Below, piece after piece: positions 55,443-64,000 of a stretch of 64,000 nt of DNA. The DNA is from Candidatus Poribacteria bacterium. GTDB taxonomy: Bacteria > Poribacteria > WGA-4E > WGA-3G. Numbering within the stretch: position 1 is the stretch's first letter; each line of letters starts with the position of its first letter. The notes under the pieces were generated by a model. That model was not told where the DNA came from. It did not search any database and worked only from the letters and a program-made list of their open reading frames with translations. The stretch spans positions 668 to 64,667 of the forward strand of contig JAJDWI010000013.1 of NCBI GenBank assembly GCA_022825665.1, in the 5' to 3' direction. Both the position numbers and the translations under genes were made by a program.

Positions 55443-56396
55443 TTAAAAAAGAGACAATTGTTCCCCACGCAGTAACATTGGTTTTCGTTGATGCAAGGCT
55501 GCTAACATTTTTCTTGCAATGGCATCAACTACAGGAATAGCAACACTATTCCCTATTTGTTTTCGAAATTGTGTAAAATTTCCTAATATTTTGAAATCTT
55601 CAGGGAAACCCTGCAAACGCAGCATTTCTCTACGAGAAAGTCGTCTAACACCATTCACTAACAGATAGTTATATGATGCCCCTGCTCTTAATGCACATGA
55701 ATAGGGCAATACTGAAATATTACCTCCCTTGTTTTCATGCCAAATAGATGGATAAAAGGGTTCTCCTTTACATTTCTCACGTCGTGCTTCACGAATCCGT
55801 GCTGATGCATATAGACTTGGATCAATATTATTATCATGTTCAAGTATCTCTGACAATGATTTATACACACCCGTACCAATTGGAAAATCAAACGCTATCG
55901 GTTCACGAAACCCCACGATGAAAGTGCGTTCCCGTTTTTGTGGCAATCCGAAGTCTAACGCATTCAGAACTTTATGGTAAGTGACATAACCCAATTTTGA
56001 TAAACTTTCTTGTATAATTGCAAAAGTTCTCCGTTTATCATGGGTGAGCAACTGCTTTACGTTTTCAAGGAGGAATGCACTTGGTTGCTTATGATTCAAA
56101 ATCCGGGCAATGTCAAAAAACAAGGTTCCGCGTGTATCTGCAAAGCCCTGTTTATCTCCAATTATACTGAAAGGTTGGCAGGGAAAACCCGCTAATAGAA
56201 TATCATGATCTGGCACATCAATTTCGTCAATTTCGGTAATATCACCATCAGGGGTTTCACCAAAATTGTGTGCATAAGTTTTTTGTGCGTGTTTATCCCA
56301 TTCGGAACTATAAACACATGTTCCGCCTAACTTTTCAAATGGAATTCTAATTCCACCTATTCCAGCAAAAAGATCAATAAACCTAAAGTTTTCCAT
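55443..56396 (-). CDS. DNA (cytosine-5)-methyltransferase
   Basis: Motif I is FIDLFAGIGG, IV is GFPCQPFS, VI is ENV, VIII is QKRER and X is QIGNSV. The start is probably MENFRFIDLF (ATG at 56396). The track start, a GTG at 56468, has no RBS. Confidence 0.9.
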   Translation of the reverse strand: MENFRFIDLFAGIGGIRIPFEKLGGTCVYSSEWDKHAQKTYAHNFGETPDGDITEIDEIDVPDHDILLAGFPCQPFSIIGDKQGFADTRGTLFFDIARILNHKQPSAFLLENVKQLLTHDKRRTFAIIQESLSKLGYVTYHKVLNALDFGLPQKRERTFIVGFREPIAFDFPIGTGVYKSLSEILEHDNNIDPSLYASARIREARREKCKGEPFYPSIWHENKGGNISVLPYSCALRAGASYNYLLVNGVRRLSRREMLRLQGFPEDFKILGNFTQFRKQIGNSVAIPVVDAIARKMLAALHQRKPMLLRGEQLSLF

Positions 56397-56477
56397 TAAG
56401 TTTAGGGTATAACATCCTTTATTGAAATTGTTAACATCTGTAAATGCTGTACAGCACAGTAAATTCACATCATTTTT

Positions 56478-57935
56478 CTAATTCCATCTCTCCACAACAA
56501 CCTTCTTCTGTGTAAAGAAATCAACTGCATCCCAACTCTGTCCGTGTAAATCACCGAAAAAACTATCTTTCCAACCGCTAAACGGGAAGAATGCCATCGG
56601 GGCGGCAACACCGATGTTTATACCGATGTTTCCTATCTGTGCTTCATAACGGAACTTACGCGCTGATGCACCACTGCGCGTAAATAAGCAAGCCATATTT
56701 CCATAACTACCACTATTGATAAGGTTAATCGCATCGTCAATTGTCTGGACATGGATAAGACCTAATACAGGACCAAAGATTTCTGTTTTAGCAATTTCAC
56801 CTTGTGGGTCTATATTACTGAGAACAGTGGGACGTATAAAGTTTCCGTTTTCACACCCATTGATTTTCGGATAACGTCCATCAACGAGGACGCGCGCACC
56901 TGCTTCTATCCCAGTCTGAATTACACCCTCAATACGTTCACGACTTTCCTGTGTGATGACAGGACCCATTTGGACATTATCATCCAAACCATTGCCCACA
57001 ATCCTATCGGTGGCAGTATCGCTGATTGCTTGTGGAAACCAGTTTTGTGCCCCGCCCACAGCAAATGCAAGAGACGCAGCAAGACACCGCTGACCTGCAC
57101 AACCAAATGCACTATCTGCTGTAGCGTTGACAGTGAACTGTGGATCGGCATCAGGCAGAACTATTAGAGGATTCTTTGCACCACCTTGGCATTGAACTCT
57201 TTTCCCATGTGCTGCAGCTTTTGCATAAATTGCTTTTGCAGTAGCAGTTGAACCGACAAAACTGATAGCACGGATTTCAGGATGTTCCAAGATAGCATTC
57301 ACTGTCTCTTGTCCACCGTTAACAAGGTTAACAACGCCTTCAGGTAAACCCGTTTGTTCCAGTAATTGAAAAATCTTTTGCATGGTAAGGGGCACTTTTT
57401 CGGATGGCTTGACGATGTATGTATTTCCACAAGCGATTGCGTAAGGTAGAAACCAGAAAGTAATCATCCCTGGAAAATTGAAAGGTGCGATGACAGCACA
57501 TACACCGACTGGTTGACGAATCATAAACTCATCTATGCCGGTAGCAATGTCTTCTAAATTAGTACCTTGCATAAGTGTAGGAATACCACACGCGACCTCC
57601 ACATTTTCTATAGCACGTCGCATTTCACCTTTTGCTTCAGCAACCGTTTTGCCACACTCCATCGTGATGGTTTGGGCAATATCGTCAATATTTTCCTCAA
57701 GTAGATCTTTCAATTTGAAGAGATATTGCACGCGTTGGACTGGAGGGGTGCGTCTCCATTCATCATAAGCATTTGAAGCTGCAGCTGCAGCTTGATTTAC
57801 CTCTTCTATGGGTGAAAGCGGTACTTGTGTTAAGACATCGCCTGTAGCAGGATTTGTTACATCAAGTACTTCGGATGCTTCAGATTGTTGCCATGAGTTG
57901 TTAATGTAATTCAGAATAGGTGTCTGTAGATTCAT
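56478..57935 (-). CDS. mmsA: CoA-acylating methylmalonate-semialdehyde dehydrogenase-like aldehyde dehydrogenase
   Basis: 485 aa of the ALDH superfamily. The catalytic Cys context is [10 protein letters not shown], with EIFGPV and [12 protein letters not shown] typical of MMSDH. Confidence 0.8.
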   Translation of the reverse strand: MNLQTPILNYINNSWQQSEASEVLDVTNPATGDVLTQVPLSPIEEVNQAAAAASNAYDEWRRTPPVQRVQYLFKLKDLLEENIDDIAQTITMECGKTVAEAKGEMRRAIENVEVACGIPTLMQGTNLEDIATGIDEFMIRQPVGVCAVIAPFNFPGMITFWFLPYAIACGNTYIVKPSEKVPLTMQKIFQLLEQTGLPEGVVNLVNGGQETVNAILEHPEIRAISFVGSTATAKAIYAKAAAHGKRVQCQGGAKNPLIVLPDADPQFTVNATADSAFGCAGQRCLAASLAFAVGGAQNWFPQAISDTATDRIVGNGLDDNVQMGPVITQESRERIEGVIQTGIEAGARVLVDGRYPKINGCENGNFIRPTVLSNIDPQGEIAKTEIFGPVLGLIHVQTIDDAINLINSGSYGNMACLFTRSGASARKFRYEAQIGNIGINIGVAAPMAFFPFSGWKDSFFGDLHGQSWDAVDFFTQKKVVVERWN

Positions 57936-58001
57936 ATAACAGTGCCTTATTTCGTCATGCTTTATGAAAAGAATTAGACCGGAAATTTTAGTCTACTTGT
58001 A

Positions 58002-59426
58002 TTAGTTTTTCTTAGCAAAAAGTTCAAGGACTTTCAGTTGTTCCATAGCAGCCCTAACTTGAGGATCATGCATTATTTCATCCTTGATGTTTTTCGTTTC
58101 CAGTGCAATAACGTATTTGACGCCAATATCGCTAAGGATGATTTGCTCATCAGTGAGTGAATCAGTCAATTGTCTATACGACCGTAACAGTTTTGAAGCT
58201 TGACGGTCTTCACGCGGCGCGTGTTCAGCAACAAAGAGCTTTTCTAAGACATCATCGCCGTTTTCTTCAACAAAGGATTTAATTTTCTGATGACCTCTCA
58301 ATTTTACTTGCATTTGTACTTCAGAACGACTAAAATACGCTGTTTCAACATCAGGTATGATACCGATTTCGTCGATATTAATATCATTGGGTGTATAATA
58401 ATGTGCCACAGTTAGTTTTACCGCAGCCTTTGAATCGTTAAGAGAGAATACCTTCTGCACAGAAGCTTTGCCGAATGTTTGACTTCCCATGACAAGTCCT
58501 CTACTGTGGTCTTTTATTGCACCAGCAACGATTTCCGATGCACTTGCACTACCACCGTTGACCAATACAATCAGAGGTAGTTTCTCTCTTGCAGGACCCA
58601 CAGCCTTAAAGGGTTCAATTTCACCCCCTTTACCCTTGCTATAAACAACGAGTTGTCCGGGTTCAAGAAAGTCACTTGATATATCTACTGCAGAACCGAG
58701 TAACCCACCGGGATTAAAACGTAGATCAAGGATGATACCACGGATATTGTGTTGATTGAATTCCTCTAAAGCATTGTCTACATCGTTGGCAGTTGTTTGA
58801 AGAAAAGTATTGATTTTTATATAACCTATATTATCTCCAATTATTTCTTTTTCAACGCTTGGTATACGTATGACTTCACGCGTAATGGTAACTTCTATAG
58901 GACGACTGACCTTTGGACGATTTAAGGTAACTGAGACAGATGTACCGGGTTCACCTCGTAGCAGTTCAACAGCATCATCTAAGGACATAACCGCAGTTGA
59001 TTCTCCGTCAATTAGGCTGATAACATCGCCGCTCTGCACACCGGCATTGGCTGCAGGATTACCTTTGAATGGGGTGATAACGGTAATCCCTTCATCACGT
59101 ATTCCGACGGTCATACCAACACCACCGTAATTCCCTTGGTTCTGTGTGCGAAATGCAATATAATCTGGTATAAATTGACTATAAGGATCCAAAGTACGAA
59201 GCATGCCCTTGATTGCACCTTCCATCAGTTCTTTTTTATCTGGATCATCAATGTGTTCTTGTTCAATAATCGCTAATATCTCAGAAAATAGTGCGATGTT
59301 TTCTAATAATATATTTTGATCAGTATCAGTGTCTTCAGCGAAGACCTCACTGAATGGTGGTATCATGTAGGTGAGAAGTGTAATCACCATGATCCATATC
59401 AGATATTTTTTCATTTTTGACTCCAT
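58002..59426 (-). CDS. S41-family carboxy-terminal processing peptidase with a PDZ domain
   Basis: 474 aa with a signal anchor, a PDZ-like GVQSGDVISLIDG, and the S41 motifs NGGSASASEIVAGA and GKASVQ. Confidence 0.85.
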   Translation of the reverse strand: MESKMKKYLIWIMVITLLTYMIPPFSEVFAEDTDTDQNILLENIALFSEILAIIEQEHIDDPDKKELMEGAIKGMLRTLDPYSQFIPDYIAFRTQNQGNYGGVGMTVGIRDEGITVITPFKGNPAANAGVQSGDVISLIDGESTAVMSLDDAVELLRGEPGTSVSVTLNRPKVSRPIEVTITREVIRIPSVEKEIIGDNIGYIKINTFLQTTANDVDNALEEFNQHNIRGIILDLRFNPGGLLGSAVDISSDFLEPGQLVVYSKGKGGEIEPFKAVGPAREKLPLIVLVNGGSASASEIVAGAIKDHSRGLVMGSQTFGKASVQKVFSLNDSKAAVKLTVAHYYTPNDINIDEIGIIPDVETAYFSRSEVQMQVKLRGHQKIKSFVEENGDDVLEKLFVAEHAPREDRQASKLLRSYRQLTDSLTDEQIILSDIGVKYVIALETKNIKDEIMHDPQVRAAMEQLKVLELFAKKN

Positions 59427-59459
59427 TTAAATGTATAGTAAAAAGTAATGATCCCAATA

Positions 59460-59951
59460 TCAACCCAATTTAGCAAAAAGTGTACGTAACCTTTTATTTA
59501 ATGTGATGTAAATTGCGGCAAAGATAGCGATAGCAGCAAAAACCAGATCAAACCAATGCATTCTCTCTTTCATAAGTTCCCACTTTGAACTACCAGAATA
59601 TTGAGTCTCTGCCATATATGTAGCTGCTTCTTCTGATAGAAGTGGTTCATTTGCGATTAATTGTTCTGTAATTTGTGTTATTGCATTCCACCTAACATCA
59701 AGATATTTACCGACAAAGATTCCCATAATTGCAAACAACGCAGCTCCGACAGAGACCATTATCCAATGTCTTGTTTCATGTGGATCAATGGCACGGGAAC
59801 AAGTTATAAGCATTCCGATACCTGCAAACACTCCAATTCCGACAGCAACAAACCCCCAATTGCTGCCTGTCCACTGAATTATTTTTGCCCAGAGAATGCC
59901 GCCGAGGACAGCACCAATAAGCCCTCCAAAAGGGGCAATTATTAATTTCAT
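59460..59951 (-). CDS. Hypothetical integral membrane protein
   Basis: 163 aa with about 4 predicted TM helices. Its start overlaps the gatA stop by 4 nt. Confidence 0.55.
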   Translation of the reverse strand: MKLIIAPFGGLIGAVLGGILWAKIIQWTGSNWGFVAVGIGVFAGIGMLITCSRAIDPHETRHWIMVSVGAALFAIMGIFVGKYLDVRWNAITQITEQLIANEPLLSEEAATYMAETQYSGSSKWELMKERMHWFDLVFAAIAIFAAIYITLNKRLRTLFAKLG

Positions 59952-61426
59952 TTGTCATTCACGTTAGATATTTGAGGTTTCAGTAAGTGGTGTTCTGTAT
60001 TTTTTTCATAAGTGTATGCGACGCGAAATAATGCTTCTTCATTGAATGGTGCTGCTAATAATTGTAAACCAACAGGTAGACCACTCTTAACTAAACCACA
60101 AGGAATAGAGATCCCTGGTAAACCAGCATGACTTGCAGGCGTTGTCATCACATCACAGAGATACATCTGCAATGGGTCTGCAGTTCGTTCACCAATTTTA
60201 AATGCAGGTGTCGGGGATGTAGGTGTTGCGATTACATCAACTTTCTCAAATGCTGCATCAAAATCAGACTTTATTAGTGTGCGTGCCTTTTGTGCTTTCC
60301 GATAATATGCATCTTGGTATCCTGCACTAAGTGCAAATGTTCCAAGCATAATACGTCTTTTTACCTCTTCCCCAAAACCTTCACTACGTGTCTTTTTATA
60401 CATATTTATCAAGTCTTCGGGTTCTTCTGTCCGATATCCATAACGCACACCATCATATCTTGCAAGGTTCGCACTTGCTTCCGCTGGTGCGATGATATAA
60501 TATGTAGCAATAGCATAATCAGTATGTGGAAGCGAAATCTCTTCAATAGATGCCCCCAGAGATTCCAATTTAGCAATAGCATCCTGTACCTTATCTGCCA
60601 CCTCAGCGTCTAAACCTTCTGTAAAGTACTCTTCTGGCACACCTATTTTCATCCCTTGTATATCGTCAATCAGACTCTGAGTAAAATCTGGAACGGGAAC
60701 ATCAACCGATGTGGAGTCCATTTCATCTTTTCCACAGAGTGCATTGAGAACCAATGCACAATCGGTCACGTCTTTCGTAAACGGACCGATCTGGTCAAGT
60801 GAAGATGCAAAGGCGATAAGTCCATATCGTGAAATTCTCCCGTAAGTCGGTTTCATTCCGACAACACCGCACAGTGCAGCAGGTTGTCGTATTGAACCGC
60901 CAGTGTCTGATCCTAACGAGCAGATTGCCGTATCCGCTGCCACAACTGCTGCTGAACCACCACTGGACCCGCCGGGAATGGTATCCAAATCCCATGGATT
61001 ATGCGTTATCTGGTATGCAGAGTTTTCGGTGGATGACCCCATCGCAAATTCGTCCATATTTGTTTTGCCTACCATGACTACACCTTGTTTGTATAACTTT
61101 GTCATGATAGTCGCATCGTAAGGAGGGACGAAGTTGCTGAGTATTTTTGAGGCACACGTTGTCCGCACACCTTTGGTGCATATTACATCTTTTATTGCGA
61201 TAGGAATACCAGCAAGTGGAGGCATATCATCGCCATTTTGAAATCCGACATCTGCTGCGTTTGCTTGCTCCAACGCAATCTCTTTCGTCAATGTCAGATA
61301 TCCTTTGACCTGTGTTTCCACCTCCTCAATTCGCTCATATACTGATTCGGTTAGTTCAACTGCAGTGATTTCGCGTGCTTTGAGTTTATCGTGTAGTTCG
61401 TGTGCCGTGAGTTGGTATAGCGACAT
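59948..61426 (-). CDS. gatA: Asp-tRNA(Asn)/Glu-tRNA(Gln) amidotransferase subunit A
   Basis: 492 aa with the amidase signature [13 protein letters not shown]...[12 protein letters not shown]. Confidence 0.93.
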   Translation of the reverse strand: MSLYQLTAHELHDKLKAREITAVELTESVYERIEEVETQVKGYLTLTKEIALEQANAADVGFQNGDDMPPLAGIPIAIKDVICTKGVRTTCASKILSNFVPPYDATIMTKLYKQGVVMVGKTNMDEFAMGSSTENSAYQITHNPWDLDTIPGGSSGGSAAVVAADTAICSLGSDTGGSIRQPAALCGVVGMKPTYGRISRYGLIAFASSLDQIGPFTKDVTDCALVLNALCGKDEMDSTSVDVPVPDFTQSLIDDIQGMKIGVPEEYFTEGLDAEVADKVQDAIAKLESLGASIEEISLPHTDYAIATYYIIAPAEASANLARYDGVRYGYRTEEPEDLINMYKKTRSEGFGEEVKRRIMLGTFALSAGYQDAYYRKAQKARTLIKSDFDAAFEKVDVIATPTSPTPAFKIGERTADPLQMYLCDVMTTPASHAGLPGISIPCGLVKSGLPVGLQLLAAPFNEEALFRVAYTYEKNTEHHLLKPQISNVNDK

Positions 61427-61439
61427 TCAGTTCTGCTCC

Positions 61440-61736
61440 TTAATCGGTATCAATTACTCTGGGCACTCCGAAATACCCTTCTTCTGCCTCTGGTGCATTG
61501 GCGAGAACTTGATCGCGAGGCAACGATGTTTTGACTATATCGGGTTTTGTGATGTTTTGGAGAGGATGGATATGTGATGTTGGATGAACGTCATCTGTTT
61601 CCAATTCATTCAACTTCCCGATATAGTCTAAGATTCGGGAAAGTTGTTCCGTAAAATCCTTTGTTTCTTCCTCATTGAATTCAAGACGCGCCAAGTTTGC
61701 AACATGGCTAACGTCTTCTGTTGTAATAGTTGCCAT
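61440..61736 (-). CDS. gatC: Asp-tRNA(Asn)/Glu-tRNA(Gln) amidotransferase subunit C
   Basis: 98 aa. VSHVANLARLEFNEEE... is typical of GatC. It lies immediately upstream of gatA. Confidence 0.9.
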   Translation of the reverse strand: MATITTEDVSHVANLARLEFNEEETKDFTEQLSRILDYIGKLNELETDDVHPTSHIHPLQNITKPDIVKTSLPRDQVLANAPEAEEGYFGVPRVIDTD

Positions 61737-61799
61737 TTACTTATAGAACCTTTCTCTTATTTACACTATGATTTACAAGATGTTCCGAACAAAGTAAAA

Positions 61800-63953
61800 T
61801 TAAACTGTTTGCAATGGTGCTATTGCAGCAGCAAATTGTTTAGAGCCAGCACGATCAAAACGAACTGTCACAAATGCATTCAAACCGGATCCGCTTAGTT
61901 TCGTTACTTTACCTCGTCCGAAACTTGGATGATGTACAATCTGATTTATTTTATATTCTATAACTTCTGCCTCTTGAACGTAACTAACTTCTGGTTGTGA
62001 AAACGCCGAGTTGTAACGATCTACATGCTTGATGAGATGCGGTTCAATTTCCTCAATGAAACGCGACGGAACCCTATACTCCGTACCACCCCATGTTCTG
62101 CGTGCCTTCGCATGCAACAGAAATAGTTGTTCCTCAGCACGCGTAATGCCAACATAGCACAATCTGCGTTCCTCTTCTACAGCTTCTTCAGAATCGATAG
62201 AACGTTGATGTGGCATATATCCTTCTTCCATACCGACAATAAAAACAAATGGAAATTCTAAACCTTTTGCACTATGTATAGTCATCATCGTCACAACATT
62301 GGTATCATCCGTATCGTCTGTTTCCATCATGTCAATATCCGCAATAAGTGCAACATTCTGTAAATAATCAGCAAGAGTCGGTTCTTCTGCAACCAGTTCA
62401 TATTCGTAGACAGCATTCCTAAGTTCTTCTATATTCTCAACCCGATTCTGTGCTTCTATTGAACGTTGTGCTTTGAAGTTTTCAAGGTAACCTGTCGTCT
62501 CTAATACATGATCAAGCGCATCAGCAGGTAGGTCACTTCCGTCAAACTTTTCGAATATTTTAGCAAAACGACGAATTTTCCCTTTGATACCTTTGTTAAT
62601 CGTGTCAATTTCTTCAACGCGATCAATAGCCTCAATCAGCGGTATTTCTTCACTCTCTGCAAAATTCATCAGTCGCTCAAGTGATGTTGCCCCGATGCCA
62701 CGAGTCGGCACGTTGATTATACGTCTTAGACTTAACGAATCAAACGGATTGCACATGACACGTAAGTATGCAATCAAATCCTTAATTTCCATACGGTCAT
62801 AAAAACCGAGTCCACCAACAATCTGATACGGTATATTTGCAGAACGGAGTGCTTCTTCAAAAATACGGGATTGCGCATTTGTCCGATAAAAGATTGCAAA
62901 GTCCTTAAAATCAACGCCTTCTGCGTTCCAATCCTCTATCTTTGTTCCTACAAAACCTGCTTCATCACGTTCATCAATTGCTTCATAACAGGTTATAAGT
63001 TCACCCGCATCATTTTCTGTCCAGAGTTTTTTCTCTTTGCGTTTCTTATTGTTTTGAACAACACTCCATGCTGCATCTAAGATGTTTTGTGTTGAACGGT
63101 AGTTCTGTTCTAAACGGAGGACACGTGTATTCGCGTAGTGGTGTTCAAAATCTATTATGTTATGGATGTCCGCCCCTCGAAATCCGTATATTGACTGGTC
63201 ATCATCACCAACGACACATACATTCTTTTGATCACCAGCCAAAAACCGCACTAAATTGTATTGGCAACGGTTCGTGTCCTGATACTCATCCACAAGAATA
63301 TGTGTGAACTTCTCTTGATAGTATTCAAGAATATCTGGATATTTCCGAAAGAGTTGGACAGTAAAGTTAAGCAAATCATCGAAATCTAAAGCATTATTTT
63401 TACGAAGTGTATTCTGATATTCGGGATAAACCTTTGACACAATCTTTTCATAGAAACCGTCTGCTGTGTCTGCGTAAGTATCGGGATTTATTGAGTTGTT
63501 TTTTGCTTTACTAATCAGATCGTGGATAGACCGAGGGTTGTACTGTTTGTCATCCAACCCAAAATTTCTGAGTATTTCTTTAACAACTGTAACTTGTTCT
63601 CCCTTATCATATATTGTAAAGTTTCGTGTAAAGCCATCTATTTGCTCAATATCTCGACGTAGAATGCGGGAACACGTGGCGTGGAAAGTTGCTACCCACA
63701 GATTTTTACTCTCTCCTTCTCCAACGAGTAAATCTAACCGTTCCTTCATCTCGTTTGCTGCTTTGTTTGTGAATGTCACTGCAAGGATACGGAAGGGAGA
63801 GACTCGGTGATGTTTGATGAGGTAAGCAATGCGATGGGTTATCACGCGCGTTTTGCCGCTACCCGCTCCAGATAGGATAAGGAGTGGTCCTTCGGTATGT
63901 TGGACGGCTTCACGTTGCACATCGTTCAAGGGACTTAATAGATTATCTGACAA
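61800..63953 (-). CDS. pcrA: ATP-dependent DNA helicase, UvrD/PcrA family
   Basis: 717 aa. Motifs are ILSGAGSGKT (motif I), LVDEYQDTN (motif II), YRS.Q.I, and IHSAKGLEF and VGITRA (motifs V/VI). Confidence 0.9.
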   Translation of the reverse strand: MSDNLLSPLNDVQREAVQHTEGPLLILSGAGSGKTRVITHRIAYLIKHHRVSPFRILAVTFTNKAANEMKERLDLLVGEGESKNLWVATFHATCSRILRRDIEQIDGFTRNFTIYDKGEQVTVVKEILRNFGLDDKQYNPRSIHDLISKAKNNSINPDTYADTADGFYEKIVSKVYPEYQNTLRKNNALDFDDLLNFTVQLFRKYPDILEYYQEKFTHILVDEYQDTNRCQYNLVRFLAGDQKNVCVVGDDDQSIYGFRGADIHNIIDFEHHYANTRVLRLEQNYRSTQNILDAAWSVVQNNKKRKEKKLWTENDAGELITCYEAIDERDEAGFVGTKIEDWNAEGVDFKDFAIFYRTNAQSRIFEEALRSANIPYQIVGGLGFYDRMEIKDLIAYLRVMCNPFDSLSLRRIINVPTRGIGATSLERLMNFAESEEIPLIEAIDRVEEIDTINKGIKGKIRRFAKIFEKFDGSDLPADALDHVLETTGYLENFKAQRSIEAQNRVENIEELRNAVYEYELVAEEPTLADYLQNVALIADIDMMETDDTDDTNVVTMMTIHSAKGLEFPFVFIVGMEEGYMPHQRSIDSEEAVEEERRLCYVGITRAEEQLFLLHAKARRTWGGTEYRVPSRFIEEIEPHLIKHVDRYNSAFSQPEVSYVQEAEVIEYKINQIVHHPSFGRGKVTKLSGSGLNAFVTVRFDRAGSKQFAAAIAPLQTV

Positions 63954-64000
63954 AGAACACCTCCGCTGGTGTGGAATGATAATATCGCTTAAAGTATACG

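Noticed and set aside
51505-56468. Assignment of the MTase/SNF2 cluster to DISARM or BREX.
   Set aside because: The hallmark components (DrmA/DrmB-DUF1998/PLD for DISARM, and PglZ/PglX/BrxC for BREX) are absent from the cluster and its flanks. Only a looser 'R-M plus helicase' association can be stated.
1-64000. tRNA, rRNA, tmRNA, riboswitch or T-box elements.
   Set aside because: Scanning intergenic regions by eye found no tRNA-like T-arm (GGTTCGAATCC-type) sequences, rRNA segments or recognisable riboswitch cores. tRNAscan/Infernal would be needed to exclude them formally.

Overview
This is a 64-kb, moderately AT-rich chromosomal window from what looks like an uncultivated bacterium. The gene content includes many Gfo/Idh/MocA oxidoreductases, xylose-isomerase-like TIM-barrel proteins, an FGE/SUMF1 enzyme, a CRTAC1-type FG-GAP/ASPIC-UnbV protein and TPR proteins. 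That mix is reminiscent of marine PVC/Poribacteria-like heterotrophs, but the taxonomy is inference only. I support about 49 protein genes. Housekeeping genes are argS, mtnP, rsgA, uppS, gatC-gatA, a pcrA/uvrD-type helicase, an mmsA-like aldehyde dehydrogenase and a Ctp protease. The rest are nucleotide-sugar, glycosyltransferase, redox and sugar-isomerase genes. I saw no rRNA, tRNA, CRISPR array, integrase or transposase. Five things deserve a second look. (1) A translationally coupled gene pair on the minus strand (38399-43188) encodes a 1309-aa Mrr-like nuclease / STAND P-loop NTPase / helical-repeat protein and a HEPN-like (R-x4-H) protein. It resembles an Avs-like defence module with an extra partner. 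(2) Two diverged, inverted copies of a noncoding element of about 0.65-0.8 kb lie at 31700-32502 and 50724-51400. Each has a near-consensus extended -10 sigma70 promoter, an invariant 26-bp perfect palindrome, and direct-repeat motifs that changed in concert, with compensatory changes, between the copies. Together they bracket about 18 kb that contains the defence pair. (3) An ECF sigma factor is fused through one TM helix to an M16-like ectodomain that has lost the HxxEH motif. It sits next to a secreted paralogue that retains the motif. (4) A tightly packed minus-strand cluster encodes a C5-methyltransferase, a putative REase, a small ORF, a vWA protein and an SNF2/SWIM helicase. (5) There is a rich population of GTAG-plus-hairpin (REP-like) repeats and small TIR elements, including one REP hairpin split precisely in its loop by a 173-bp element. 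All functional calls come from reading motifs by eye, because no database search was possible.
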